Below, in pieces: positions 1 to 13,053 of a stretch of DNA of 64,000 bases. A model generated the notes under the pieces. That model made no database searches. It worked only from the letters and a program-made list of their open reading frames with translations, and was not told the DNA's origin. A program made the translations under genes and the position numbers. Position 1 is the stretch's first letter. Every line of letters begins with the position of its first letter. Origin of the DNA: Rhizophagus irregularis (Eukaryota); contig NC_089432.1 in the NCBI RefSeq assembly GCF_026210795.1, forward strand, positions 310,001 through 374,000, read 5' to 3'.

Positions 1-643
1 AAACTATCCCCTTATAACTAAGAACTGGCTGAATTATTTTTAAGAAAGAATAAAATAATATATTAAAAATTATTTTCTTCCGGTATAATAAAACAGGTAA
101 TTACAGTACAGTCTACTCCTTTATAACGTTATAAGAAAATTCGTTAACATAGTATAACTCGGCGGGAAAATTTTGTATATTGTGGTAAATTGTATATAGT
201 ATTGTATTATGGATAACGCATGTCACCTTTAAGTCAATTAAAATGGAAATTCTTTTTCATGTTCTACTATAATAAAAAATATTGTATACATAAATTAAAA
301 CTATTATATCCTAGTTTATCTTTGGAGTGAAAACCTTAGGTGGATTTAAAGCTAAAAAATCATTTTTTAAATATCATGTCATGTAACACTAGAGAAGTTA
401 AATTTTCAATGAAAAATTCTTTCTCGAAATTTCTCTTAGGTTTATTGAATATAATAATAGAATTTCAAAAAAAATAATAAAAATAAAAATAAAAAAAAAT
501 GCGAAAATACATTTGTTATAAAAATTTAAATTTGTTACTTAATAAATTAAACATGTTATTGATTCAATATTAATGTTCAGCACGTAGTACACTGATAACT
601 TATTAGTCAAAATCATTTCTAAGAAAAATGCACATTGAAATAA

Positions 644-1144
644 TTATGGAATATTCCGAAATACAGCCCACCCACAATATGCGCACGCTAATTCACTATC
701 ATCATTATCGCGATGACAGCTGTGATAGACTCCTGATGAGACCATAACTTCTGTTCCAGATGGCGGAAGGTTGCGAGGATCATAAGGTATTTGCATGGTA
801 TGTGGATTGCTTCCAACATACGTACTACTGTTTGTACCATTAAACATATCACTACTATAACCGTTCATGAAGATAGGATCAATGGCGTATATATAATAGG
901 CATGTTCTAAATCCCAATAATGCGAAGGGGAAATCATGAATTTATCGATGGCCTGGATAGGATCTGGTCCTTGGTAGGTGACGGTAATAACAGGCGCATT
1001 ATTAGAATCAACACTCCATCGAGCATCTGTAAGTCTAGCAGTAGTTTTGCTTGTACAATCCCAGGTTGTTTGTAGAGCGGAAGCTACGTTAAACATAAGA
1101 GATAAGGATATTACGAAAACAAAGTATTTATTTGGCTTTATCAT
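644..1144 (-). CDS. Small secreted cysteine-containing protein (166 aa), candidate effector
   Basis: Intronless ORF, GC-richer than flanks; N-terminal hydrophobic signal peptide ending ...NVASA; 4 Cys in the mature part; no recognised domain. Confidence 0.75.
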   Translation of the reverse strand: MIKPNKYFVFVISLSLMFNVASALQTTWDCTSKTTARLTDARWSVDSNNAPVITVTYQGPDPIQAIDKFMISPSHYWDLEHAYYIYAIDPIFMNGYSSDMFNGTNSSTYVGSNPHTMQIPYDPRNLPPSGTEVMVSSGVYHSCHRDNDDSELACAYCGWAVFRNIP

Positions 1145-1734
1145 CTTTATGTTATTATTGGGTTTATTAGGTTATAAAATTTTGGGCTTACAATTATATA
1201 TTTATTTATATATTTTTTTTAAGACGATCATTAAAATCTATCACTTCTTAAAATTCTTTCTTATTAATTTAAAATAATAAATACTTTTCGCTATCATCGT
1301 TTCAAAATACGTGAACATGTGAAATATGAAAAGCAAAATTTGTGATTTACAGTTTAGCTCAAGAAAGAATGATTTTTGAAACTCTTTTTAAATTTCATGC
1401 AAAAAAAAAAAAAACTCGTGGTTGGAGCATATTTGAATATATTCATGCATTTTCGAAAAAGGCGAGTCCTAATATACTTTTCTTTCAAAAAATGTGAACA
1501 TGTGAAATATGATTTTTGAAAACTCTCTTTTACTAATTAAAATAAGAATTTTTAAGTAAATTCTTTTTAAAATATACCATATAATTTTCAATTTTAAAAA
1601 ATATACCTTCTTTCATACTGGTTTTTAATTTTTAAAAAATATACCTTCTTCCATACTGGATCGTTGTTGGCGATAAATTAATTAGAAGTTTGAAAGGAAA
1701 AAAGGCCGAAATTGAAAAGACCGAAAAGGGATAG

Positions 1735-2229
1735 ATTCCCGACATCCATTATATTTTCCCGACATGACATTATATTTTCCCGACATGACATTTTCCCGAC
1801 ATGACATTTTCCCGACATGACATTTTCCCGACATGACATTTTCCCGAACATGATATTTTCCCGACATGACATTTTCCCGAACATGATATTTTACCGAAAT
1901 CAAATTACAAAAAATGATTCACAAAAATACTTGATTTAACTGTAAAAAAAATAAAAATAAAAATAAATTTTATTTTATGTTTATTATATTCATTTAATTT
2001 ACTTTTTGCGTAATATTTTTTACTAATTTTTTTACTCGTTATTTATCATAAAACAATATTATCAATAAAACTAATTTTAAAAAATTTAAAATTTGCGATT
2101 TATAATGCATTATTGTTAAATACTATATACCTAATCAAAGTTACAGTTTCATAAATTGAATTCAAGAAAATGTCATGTCGCGATTTGTCTTTCGGGATAT
2201 TTATCGTCGGGAAAATGAATGTCGGGAAT
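1735..2229. mobile_element. Non-autonomous TIR element (MITE) with 16-bp subterminal tandem repeats
   Basis: About 9 copies of TTTTCCCGACATGACA at 1735-1900; inverted copies (GTCGGGAAAATGAATGTCGGGAAT) at 2165-2229; AT-rich core. Confidence 0.7.
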
Positions 2230-2826
2230 TATATATATATATGTTACGTGTTATATATCTTTTCTAATAACCCGACTAGCCGAGTAACCCGAGTACCCGA
2301 CAATTCCGACAATAAAAATTATCAAGTGTCCACTATATTTCGAAATAATTGATTATCCTAATTGACAAAGAAATAGAAAAAGACGTATTCGAATACTTGA
2401 TCGATCAATGATCGACTTATCATTACAGTACGAGATATTTTAAAAGGTTGATTTAAAATAAATTCTTTTTAAATAAATTCTTCTATACTGGATCTGCTGT
2501 CATGAATAAGCTGTGTTAATTCAATAAAAAAGCTCATTTTGTGTATAATTTTCATTTTCATTTTCTTTTCTTTAATTTTTGCGCGTGTGTTGTATGTGTA
2601 TGATGCCTTTCACTAACTCATTTACTTTTCGTTGAGTATGATACTTAGAACTTAATTTGATATAGATTCCCATGGTCAATTTCTTGAGGATATGTATAAA
2701 TAATCTCCAATTTTGAAATGCAAAGATAACTAACTTCTTTACTTTAATCTCTTTGAGTATACCTCTGTTTATTTGCGAATTGTGACAAAAATACCATCTA
2801 TTTTGTTATCTAGAACACCATCAGTC

Positions 2827-3655
2827 ATGCGTGTCTTTACCCTTATACTAATTCTCACATTAACCCTGGGTTTTTTAACCACAGCAGAATCTACTTATGC
2901 AATTCCGAAAATTTTTAAAGACATTCTCGTGTTTCAGAATGATTGGGATGTAATCGGCCCTTTTATGGAAAGACAGATTCCACAGTATGTGCAAGGCGCT
3001 GAGTCATTTACTCAATTAAAACAATTGTACGGAAAAGCTTTGCAAGCTTTTAGTTCAGGAAAAAACTATGCTTGGCGGTTTAAAAATTTAGGTCTCACTG
3101 ATGCTATTAAAACGTTCGATGCAACAAATATTGAGCTAGCCGTTTTTAAAAATATAGAAAAATTGAGTTCGAATGCAGTGTATAGTTTAGCAGACAAAAT
3201 AGCGAATGCGCTTAGATACGGAGGTAAAAATATTATTTTACTATGATGTTTAGAATATGTAATTCAAATGTACTGTGATTTACGACTAAATTATTCATTA
3301 TATTCGTAGTCAAAGTTGGAGGAAAACCAGTAGGTTCGTCATCAATTTTGAATTTTACCAAAAAAAATTGCTTTTAGATATAGTTAAATAGGTATATATA
3401 TATATATATAATTTTTTATTTTTGTTTTTCACTCTAGAGGTTACTATAGAAATGATAGCATCAGAGATGGGAGTAGCAGCTCAAGTTGAAGGTGAGTGAA
3501 AACTTGATATCACAGATTATATATTTCTGAAGACTATTAACTCTTTTTTTGTGATTAATATGACAGGCGCATCTGCGATCGAATCAGCAATAATAGGAAT
3601 TTCAGAAGAAGAAGCAGTATCAGCACTCGTAGCATGTATAATCGTGGCAGAATGA
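2827..3655 (+). CDS. Putative secreted protein, 4 exons, ~187 aa, unknown function
   Basis: Signal-peptide-like MRVFTLILILTLTLGFLTTAES; exons 2827-3223, 3310-3333, 3438-3491, 3567-3655 join in frame via GT-AG introns to TGA at 3653-3655. Confidence 0.65.
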
Positions 3656-4265
3656 TCATTTATCGATCATTATTTATTCAATTATATCGTATTACTATAA
3701 TATTAATATGTGTTCAAATTTTATAAACAATTTAATATTTGCTTGAAATTACTTTATATTAAATTTTATTCAGATTACATCTTTACTGGCATCTTAAACG
3801 CAGAATTCTCTTGAAATGACGTTTTGAAAATAGATTTCTATAATAAGCCGTGTAAAGGACTTATATTTATTCGACAATGTGGCTTTTGCACTATAAATAT
3901 TATAATAATACTTTTTTTTCTCTTTTTAGTTAGTATTTATTTTTTTTATTATAAATTATTCGCATTCAAAATAAAATAAAAAGTAAATAATATGTACTTT
4001 TTCTTTTGTATTAAATATACCGAAATATATTTTTATGGAAACTAGGCCAAGTAAAAAAAAAGTATATTTGATGTTTAAAAATATCTTTTTTTCTCGTTAG
4101 AATTTAATTTCACATTAAATTTTTTAAGTATTAAGTACTAATATATTTAGTTTGTACACAAGAAATATGTTTTTTACCGCAAGCAATTTTTTAAGATAAT
4201 ACTTCTTTAAGGTAAACATATTCATTTATTATTTTACGTGAGCTCTATTTGCATGTCTTCGATCG

Positions 4266-4842
4266 GGATCTCCCAAAAATCCTGACAACCATAATATCGA
4301 AAGTCTATAATAACCCCGACACCACAATCCCGATAAATGCGAATCCTAGTTGAATTAAAATCTTGACAGTCACAGAATCCCGATGATCTAAAATCTTGAC
4401 AGCCAAAATCCTGACTGAATTTTTAATGCAATTGTTTCTAATTTCAAAAGATTAGTAATTTAGTAATATACCGTACATATTAGTTAAAATAAAAAATTTT
4501 CCTTTTAATTTCATTAATAATATAGTAGTAACGTTAGTTAATTTGCATTAATATTAAAAAAATTCGCAACAATTTGCATTGGTATTGATAAAATTTACAA
4601 ATATTTAATCAAATAATTCAAATTATATTTTTAATTAGATAAATTAAGACTCGGTACTGCGCCGCTGTATTTTTAAAATTATTTGTTTAATTAGAAATTT
4701 ATAAAAGATTTATAATTTTTTTTTTTTTTTTGAAAAAAAAAACTTTGGGATTTTGAACGTCAAGAATTTCGGGATTTCGGTGTCGGAATTGTAGACTGTA
4801 AATACTCAATATTATGGTTGTCGGGAATTTGTGGTAAACTCC
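4266..4842. mobile_element. MITE, Mutator-like
   Basis: Imperfect TIR (AAATCCTGACAACCATAATATCGA vs reverse complement AATTCCCGACAACCATAATATTGA); flanks TTCGATCG/TTTGATCA differ only at CpG sites (8-9 bp TSD). Confidence 0.65.
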
Positions 4843-5322
4843 TTTGATCACATATATAAATCTGACCTGATTGATCAGCTTTCTCGGATAACGGATAATA
4901 ACGAATTCAATATGACCAGCATGACGTTATCCTACGCGTCTCGTTACATGTTTTTTTTATATCATTTAGAAGAAAAATTTGCTCTTAAATATTTAATAAA
5001 ATAACTCTCATTAAGCTTTAGTCTTTTAATGGAGTCAAGACCATTTTGGCTTGCACTTCATTCAGCAAGTTTTTCCTAAATTTATTTATGGTATCAACCA
5101 CCTCTTCTGTAGTTGGTTCTTTAAAAGTTGCCGTCATTACGATTGATTTTTTTGATTTATAGATTTGTAGTTTTTTTTTGCACACCTTGATCCTACCGGT
5201 TTTGGAAAACATACCCAGGTAATGTAATACCTTTTTCTAGCAAATTTTTGAAGTATTTATGTTATTGTGACGTGATTTTAAGATAGTGCAAACACCATTC
5301 CAGAGCAATAGTATTTAATATA

Positions 5323-6249
5323 CAGACAAAAAAAATGGGAAAGGTGATCACGTGAATAAAATGATCTACATCGCCAAAAATAAACTGAATTTGTACCACT
5401 TAAATACATAATATCTGTGACTATGTTTGACTGTCTTTGCGTCCATTAACGCCCTTTATTTTCATGAGAAATTCCAAAACAATGGCTTGCGAAAAAAGAA
5501 AAACCTATAATAACATGATAAATTCTCATCAGACTTATGAAATAATGGTATATATAATATTAAATGATTACACAACCCATGTAATTTTTATTGTCAATTT
5601 ATAAAAACAAAAAAAACTAGTTTTTGGAGCATCCTAGAGGGAATGGAAGACCTAAAAAAAATTACCGCAAGTACATTCCGTACACTCAGTCAATATGTAA
5701 GACACAATACATTCTTTTCTACAAGAACTTTAGTAAAAAAAAACTTCACAAGGCAACTCCCAGAAATCTTTTGTACACATGTTTCTGAGGTCTCCTGGAT
5801 GCTTTGTGGTCGTTCATTGCTTGGTATTTCCAACAAGAAAACTACCATGCATAATAGTCATTTTTCCAAGCTCAGTCTAAAAGAAAATTCATCAGAAGTC
5901 TCAGGGTGGTCATGAGATAGCCCTGACCCAAATCCTATTGAAATTTATAAGATATCACAAAAAATAAGGCAGAAAAGCGAATACCAAAAAAATTTTAATT
6001 ATTTGGAAGAATTTGTGATGGAGAAATGCCAAAATATTCTAAAAATTATTATAATCGATATTTTAAAGTCAATTAGACGATGTTGTAAGTTAATTATTGA
6101 AATAATGGCGAATATATATAATATTAAAATTTTTTTTAGTAAAATCAGCTGATCTTGAGCTTTAAAATACAGTAAATTTCACGTTTTTTCATTAGTATAA
6201 TTGAACATTAATGATCAAAAATAAAATTCCCATTTTTTTTGCCACACTG
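5323..6249 (+). mobile_element. Degenerate, internally deleted Tc1/mariner (IS630-type) transposon
   Basis: TA flanks; TIR CAG(TGTG)RCAAAAAAAATGGGA at both ends; broken transposase pieces GNGRPKKIT (5638-5666), FQQ-N (~5828), SPDPNPIE (~5919-5942). Confidence 0.8.
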
Positions 6250-6292
6250 TATAAAAGAATAAAAGACTTTTGAAATTAATTATAGAATTGCC

Positions 6293-6975
6293 TAGTGGTC
6301 CGAACTGGTGATCTGTTGATCTGTACGGGTTTTATCCATTTGAAAAATTTCTTAACTGGTTTAAAATCTGTATCCGCCCATAACATAACCGGATATGCAA
6401 TTGCGGTTAGAAACAGATAGTATAATTAATTTAAAAGCTTAAATTTTGACATTTTTTTCGATGATAAATTGACAAATATGATTTTTTTATTTATATTTTA
6501 TTGCACAGTCATCAGCATGTAGTGTAATCCTTTCGTTTCATTTTATTTAATAAAGAAGGATTTTAATAATATAAATTAGTCCAACTACAATGAACCTCCT
6601 TTTTTTCTTCATTTTGTAAAGGTCCAGTGCTACTCTCTTTTTCTTCTGTTTCAATAAATAATTCTAAATATTTAGTAGGTTCAAAGGTAATACCTTTAGT
6701 AATTAAAGTACCTTTTCAGCACGTTGCTTCCTTTTTTAGTAATAACTTTTCACTTGATTTTCAACCGGTTATTAGTTATTTGGATATAGTTGAAGACATT
6801 TTGTCACAAAAAACACGAGAGAAATAAGAAAAATTAGAAATGAGGAAATATCCACCAGATATTCACTGAATATCCGCTGATCCAGTGAAACCTATCCATT
6901 TAGCAAACTTTCAATCTGGTTAAACGGATATATCCAGAGGATCACTGGATTGCGGATCACCGGTTCAGACCACTA
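6293..6975. mobile_element. Non-autonomous hAT element
   Basis: TIR TAGTGGTCYGAACYGGTGATC at both ends; 8-bp TSD GAATTGCC/GAATTGCT. Confidence 0.8.
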
Positions 6976-8456
6976 GAATTGCTGATCATTTTGTACTGAT
7001 AAGTGGAGCGGACCGGCAATTAAATTATTTTTTAGAGATTTTTTTTTTCCAGGATATTATCACTTTAATATTCAAATAATTAATGTTAATTGTTAAGAAA
7101 GAAATAAATAACTTTATTTTCCTGAAAACATTTATTCACAAAAAAGTAAGTAAAAAAAAGAAGACTATTAATATATTATAAACAATGAGATAAATTTAAT
7201 AAATCAGCTAATTCAAAATTTTTTCTAGAAAACATTTCTTTATGTATTTAGTATAAAAACAATAAAATAACCAAATGAAATAAATAATTTTTTGGATGTC
7301 CATTCGGCGAAATGTCCATTCGATAAAATGGCTTCGGTGAAATGGAATTCAGTGTATTTATAATTTATTAGTATCCAGGTTATGAAATAACAATTGGGTA
7401 AAAATGACCCATTTTGTATCCGTTTTTATGTTGATACATATATATCCTATTACCTGGGTAATTCAACCGAATTAAATTATGTCAGAATTAAGATGCTAAC
7501 TCTGACCAGAATTAAGGATGTTTACTAGTAAAATGCCTTCCGAAGTTATTATCATCCCACAAATAAAATTTTGACCGAATGAAATATTTATTACCTCTGG
7601 CTAATTATAATTATCAGTCAGAATTAATTGGTGTATTGATGGTTAATTGATGAGCTTTAACAATGTTTTTCTATAAGACTTCTTTATTTTTTAAAGTTTC
7701 AATAATATCAAAGTTTCATAAATTCAATGTTTAGAAAAAGAATTGATTTATTTCTGTCAGAATAGCAATTGACCTTGATTAAAATTGAACCAATTTTCAA
7801 ATTCAGTAAATTTGATCGATAAAACTTATCCAAATTGATCGACCATGTAAATGATAACTACTTTTTTCTAATTTCTGCACAAGAAAAAAGAAATATTTTG
7901 GAAACTTAATGAAATAATTAACGTTAATTAATAATAATATGATAAATAAAAAAATGTAGTTTTTTTTATAAATTTCAATCATAATTCCCTTTGGCATTAG
8001 AAATTTATGAAGTTTAATAGTTTGATTGAATGTAATATTTGGATAACTGTTAAAAAAACCTATATCTGCTAACATAACTGGGTAGGACAGACCCGGATAA
8101 AACACTAGATTCTATTTTTAAAATCGGTTAAAATGACTCAGACAATAGCTGAGATAATAATTTTAGAATATACTACAAAGGTTAGAGATGCGATCTGTAA
8201 TTCAAAATTATTAATTGTTTTATACTCTTTAATCACGTGATTATATTTTTCTTGATGCGATGTGCTGTGATTGTGCCGCATAGGGTACAAAAATTACATT
8301 TCAATAATGGCGGTCATTTTGCCATTTTGAAACGACCCTTTGAATATGTAACTCAGGGCAAATTTATGATGCCGGCCAGAATTACAAATTCATAACGTCA
8401 CGTGATATTTTACCACAAATTATGATAATTTTGGCCAGAATCATGAGATCACATGA

Positions 8457-8640
8457 AGACATGATGGTGTCATGATGCTCTCAGAGCATCCCCGTTTCCC
8501 TTCTGTCCCTTTTCACTTTTATCACCAAGGTGACATCGCCTTGTAGCGGCTTGTTAGAGTTACGTTTGATTTTATTTATTAATTTCTTTGTAATTTGTAC
8601 TGTCACTTTGTGAAATAAAATTAAATTAAAATTAAAATTA
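8457..8640 (+). mobile_element. 5'-truncated non-LTR retroelement 3' end
   Basis: Perfect 18-bp TSD AATCATGAGATCACATGA (8439-8456, 8641-8658); insert ends in an (ATTAAA)n tail. Confidence 0.8.
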
Positions 8641-8938
8641 AATCATGAGATCACATGATGTAATTTAAATGACAACCTCGAAATGACTGTACTAATGATC
8701 CAAGTCACTTTGCTATCACTGCTAAAATTCAAAATCAATTTGAGAACCATTCCCTACTAATTAATGAATGATAAATTAAAATGACTTAAATTTTTAATAG
8801 GATAACAAATAATGATTTTTCATGATTGCGCGAATACTTACAAAATCAATCGCGTTATAATAATTAGTTGTGTAAACCGATGAATAAAATTTACATAGTA
8901 TTTTAATTGCTCCACTTTGGATTTTTTTTTCTTCTTAT

Positions 8939-9297
8939 GGTTCAGCGGATGGGTCGCATTCATTTCACTGACATTCACCGACAATTATCTGACAGACGTT
9001 TCACCAACAGGGTCATTTCGCAGACAATTGTTTTGCCGACAATTCTCTCACCGACAAGGAAATTTAGGATTAAAGTTAGTGTTAGGTAAGAAAATTAGGT
9101 TAGGATTAGGCTAGTATTAGGTTAGAGTAAGTGGATTAGGATTTCAAAACTATTGGTGAAATGACTGTCGGTGAAATGATTGTTGGTGAAACATCTGTCG
9201 GCGAGATAATTGTTGGCGAGATAATTGTCGGTGAAATGATTGTTGGTGAAATGATTGTCAGTGAAATGATTTTAAAAAGTTGTCCGTTTGCTCAACC
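8939..9297. mobile_element. MITE with 15-bp subterminal arrays and a TTAGG-rich core
   Basis: GGTTCAGC...GCTCAACC ends; TCACCGACAAT-type repeats on the left, inverted ATTGTCGGTGAAATG repeats on the right; core of TTAGG-like repeats at 9065-9140. Confidence 0.7.
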
Positions 9298-9767
9298 TTT
9301 TATAGGAGGAAATACTGTAAACAGGTCAGAAAAAGAGAAACACGGAATCAAATTTATACTTATGGTCTAGAAAGATCGACCTTCTTTATACACTGGTAAC
9401 GAGATGTAAAACCTGGACATCGTACTGAAGTTGATTGTTAAGAAGTCCGATTCTAGTTTAAGATAATCATTTTTAAGATATTTTAGTTTCCTAAAAGCCG
9501 AAAAATAAATTTTATTGTGCTTACCGTTTACTTGATATTTCACTGGTAATGATTTGGCTCTGCTGAAGGTTCTGATCCGAAGGTCTCCAGAGAAAGAATT
9601 CTGTTAACAAGAAGTTAAATCGAGCTAAAGAGGGAGCTGGAAGTCACGAAAACTTGAAAATAACAATCAGAAGTAGGTTAAAGGAACTTGGAGGATTGTC
9701 TGTAGAGTAGTAGATTGCATCAATGTTCCAGTATGATATAAACTGTACTTGCCGCCATACCATTGGA

Positions 9768-10534
9768 GAATCCCACTCATCCCATTACCCATATTCCATT
9801 CCATGTCACATTATCCTAATTCTATATCCCCATATCACATATCCTAATCCCATATCCTAATTTCTTTTGTATTTATTATATTTATTATATTATTTTTACC
9901 ATTAGTTATTTTTATACTGTATATATTTTAATGATAAATAATATACTGTACAATTAATAATAAATAAATGCTTAATTAAATTCTTTGATATTTAAATTTT
10001 AACTTTGAGAATTATATATTGAATGATGAAAATATAAATCTTGATGGAATAAATAATTGTTATTTAGAAATCGCTTTATCAGCAAGTATGTCGGGTAATG
10101 ATTCTGATAAAAGTTTCAATTATTCATGAGAATTTAAAATTTGATATTGATGAGTTGATAAATAATAACAATATAAATATTGTGATATTTTGAAATAAAA
10201 ATAATCTCTAAAGTGATAATATAAATAAAATTTTATTTTATATGCAATTAAAAACAAATAAATTTATTATCGTACATCGTAACATCTAGTCATGTAACAC
10301 TGCAAATATTAATGTTTTTATAAATTTAAAATATGTCAATATACTGTACAAACAAAAAAATATATAATAATAATGTAATAATAAAATTTAATGAGGAATA
10401 GGATATGGATTGGGATATGGGATATGGGATTGGAATTGGTACGGGATATGAAATCGGGTATGGATTTTTTTCGGATATGGGATTTAAGATATGAATTTGG
10501 GATTTTATAGTATGGGATATAGGCGGTGGGATAA
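9768..10534. mobile_element. MITE with CCCATAT/ATATGGG subterminal repeats
   Basis: ATCCCATATCC-type array at 9770-9860 mirrored by GGATATGGGAT array at 10395-10534; exact ends uncertain. Confidence 0.6.
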
Positions 10535-10759
10535 TTATACATTACTTCATTAAATGAGGTCATTTGCACCAATATTTAGTGATTATATTGCGTAATTTCC
10601 AATTGGCTCTTTAACATTCAAAATTATCGAGAAAAAATGTTCGTATACCATATTTCGAAAAAAAAAACGTTTATTTTATACAAACAAAAAACAACTTTAT
10701 AGTATTGTTAAAATTTATAATTTATACAATATTTATTTAAATTTTACTACTCTATAACA

Positions 10760-12908
10760 TTACTCTAATAAAAAATATTTAACATTTTTGAGACTAATCA
10801 TTTTATGTTGAGCATCTAAATTTCCTTGCTCAGCAGATTTTTCATACCAAAAAATTGCCTGTTCCATATCTTTTTTAACACCAATTCCATTTTTATACAT
10901 CGTACCAAGATTACATTGAGCAAAATCATTACCTAAACTTGCCGCTTTTTGATATAAATTAAAAGCTTTTTTTATATTTATACTTACACCAACTCCATTT
11001 TCATAACAACGACCCAAATTACTTATTCCAGTATAATAACCTAAATCTGAAGATTTTTGATAAAATTCAAATGCTTTAAATTCATTCATTTCAGTTCCAA
11101 TACCTTTTTCATAACAATAACCTAACATATTTATACCAGCTGTATATTTTTTTTCTGTTAATTTATTAGCCAATTCAAAAGCCTTGATATTATTTTTTTC
11201 AATACCTTTTCCACATAAATACATATAAGCAAGATCAAATTGTGCTGTATTATTTTCTAATTCTGCTGCTTTTTTATAAAGTTCAATACCTTTTTTCTTA
11301 TTAATATTAATATGATCAATTCCATGATAATTAAGATATCCAAGTAAATAAATAGAATTTGAATTATTTTGATTATTTAAAATCCAAGTATAAATTTCTT
11401 TTAAATTTATATTTTGATTATTAATATAATCAAAAAATCTTTTCTTTCTTACTAATTCTCTTCCTTCAGTTATTTCTTTAAAAACATTATTAATTAAATC
11501 ATCAATTACAATATTTAAATCTTCTTCAAATATTGTTTCATTTATATTTTGAATTGAAGGTTCTATTTCTTTTGTATAATTTTTATCAAAATTTCGAATA
11601 ATATGGGATAATTCTTCATGTAATAAATTATTATTATTAAGTTGTTTCAATTTGGTGATTATTTCATTAATAGATGGTCTATTAATTGGTTCACCATCCC
11701 AACATTCTAAATAAATATAAATAAATAAAAAAAATTAATGATAAAAATTAATTATGAATAATGGAATCAAAAAAATCCAAAGTTTTATTTACCAGTATAA
11801 ATATTAGAATAATCGGTAGGTGTACCTGGAATAGGTGTTTCTCTATACCCTTGTAAAATATGCGTATCTAAATAAGTATTAAGAATACTTTTAAATGGTG
11901 GTTGTCCACTTGATATCTCCCATAAAAGTACTCCAATACTATAAACATCACTCTTTTCATTTAATGAGTATGTTTGTATTATAAACTTTTTTGGATCAAT
12001 ATAAGGAACAATACCAGATAAATATGATTCTTGTTTGGTTGCATCTCTAATTCTTTTTGATAACCCAAAGTCAGCCAGCTTGATGGTATTTTGATGAACT
12101 AGTATGTTATTAGAGTGCTATAATATTATTAATATAGTAAATATAAATATAAAAGTAAAATATTAAAATTAATTTAATGAAATTAAATTATTAATTACCA
12201 AATTCTGATGTACGATTCCTTTATTATGTAAACATGATATAGCAGACACTAATTGAAATGCTAATTCATATTTATCTTCCCAAGTAAGTTTCTTATAACT
12301 TTCTTTCAAATAGTTTTGGAGTGTATCACCATCAGCATACTCCATTACCAATAAATATTTCACCTGACCATCTTGATTTTCTAAAATATTAGATAGTAGA
12401 ATAATTAATTTTATTATACAAACTATACAAGCAAAGCAAATATAATTAAGAATTTAAATATTTTATACTTTTGTCTGTAATCCCATGTAAGCGAATGATA
12501 TTATTATGAAAGTTAACTTTACGTTGAAGTTCGAACTAAATCATAAATACAATTGATTAATATATTTAATGTGTATTTAATGTGTATTTAACGTTAATGT
12601 GTGTTTAATGTGTATTTAATGTGTATATTTAATGTATATTTAATGTATATAATAACCTTTATTATTACCTCACGTATAATTTCCTTTACAGTAGCATCAT
12701 TGTCAAAGTTATAGAAAGATTTTAATATCATATATTGTTCGGAATTTTTCCATTTTGCACGATAAATTACTCCAGAATTCCCATTTCCAATCTTTTCAAC
12801 ATTATAAAAATGTTTAAATTCATAATGTTTTATATGCTTCTTTAAGATAGATTCTTCGATCCGTTTAACGCAGTTATTTGAATTATGAATATCGGATATA
12901 CAAAACAT
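10760..12908 (-). CDS. TKL-type kinase-like domain fused to Sel1-like repeats (~586 aa), probable pseudokinase
   Basis: Exons 12908-12669, 12535-12469, 12380-12199, 12117-11793, 11706-10760 splice in frame; motifs IGNGNSG, LVMEYAD, HQNLHSNN, KLADFG, KSDVYSIG, then repeated LGxCYExGxG Sel1 units. Confidence 0.9.
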
Positions 12909-13034
12909 TTTGAATAATACTAAAAAGGTTTTAAATTTGACAGAAACTCCGATTTCTTTGTTTAATTATTTATTACCACGACAGATTTATTTGTCGTACG
13001 GATAGGTGGGTATGGTTGTACGGGGACTTCTCTC

Positions 13035-13053
13035 GCAGATCGATTTTCTGCGG
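13035..13053 (-). promoter_or_regulatory. Conserved upstream motif shared with the paralog at 47817
   Basis: CCGCAGAAAATCGATCTGC (minus strand) ~130 bp upstream of the ATG; the paralog has CCGCAGAAAATTGATCTGC at 47697-47715. Confidence 0.5.

Noticed and set aside
1678..1903. Repetitive ORFs (MSCRENIM...) and a CRISPR-like look
   Set aside because: Head-to-tail 16-bp repeats with no unique spacers and no cas genes; they are MITE subterminal repeats and the ORFs are artefacts
7369..8107. Possible hAT MITE (TAGT...ACTA ends)
   Set aside because: TIR match needs a gap and the candidate TSD matches only about 5/8; too weak to list
8907..9370. ORFs with VGEMI repeats
   Set aside because: Translations of the 15-bp arrays of the 8939-9297 MITE
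9310..9720. Coding-like degenerate stretch
   Set aside because: Multiple stops and no recognisable motif; cannot assign
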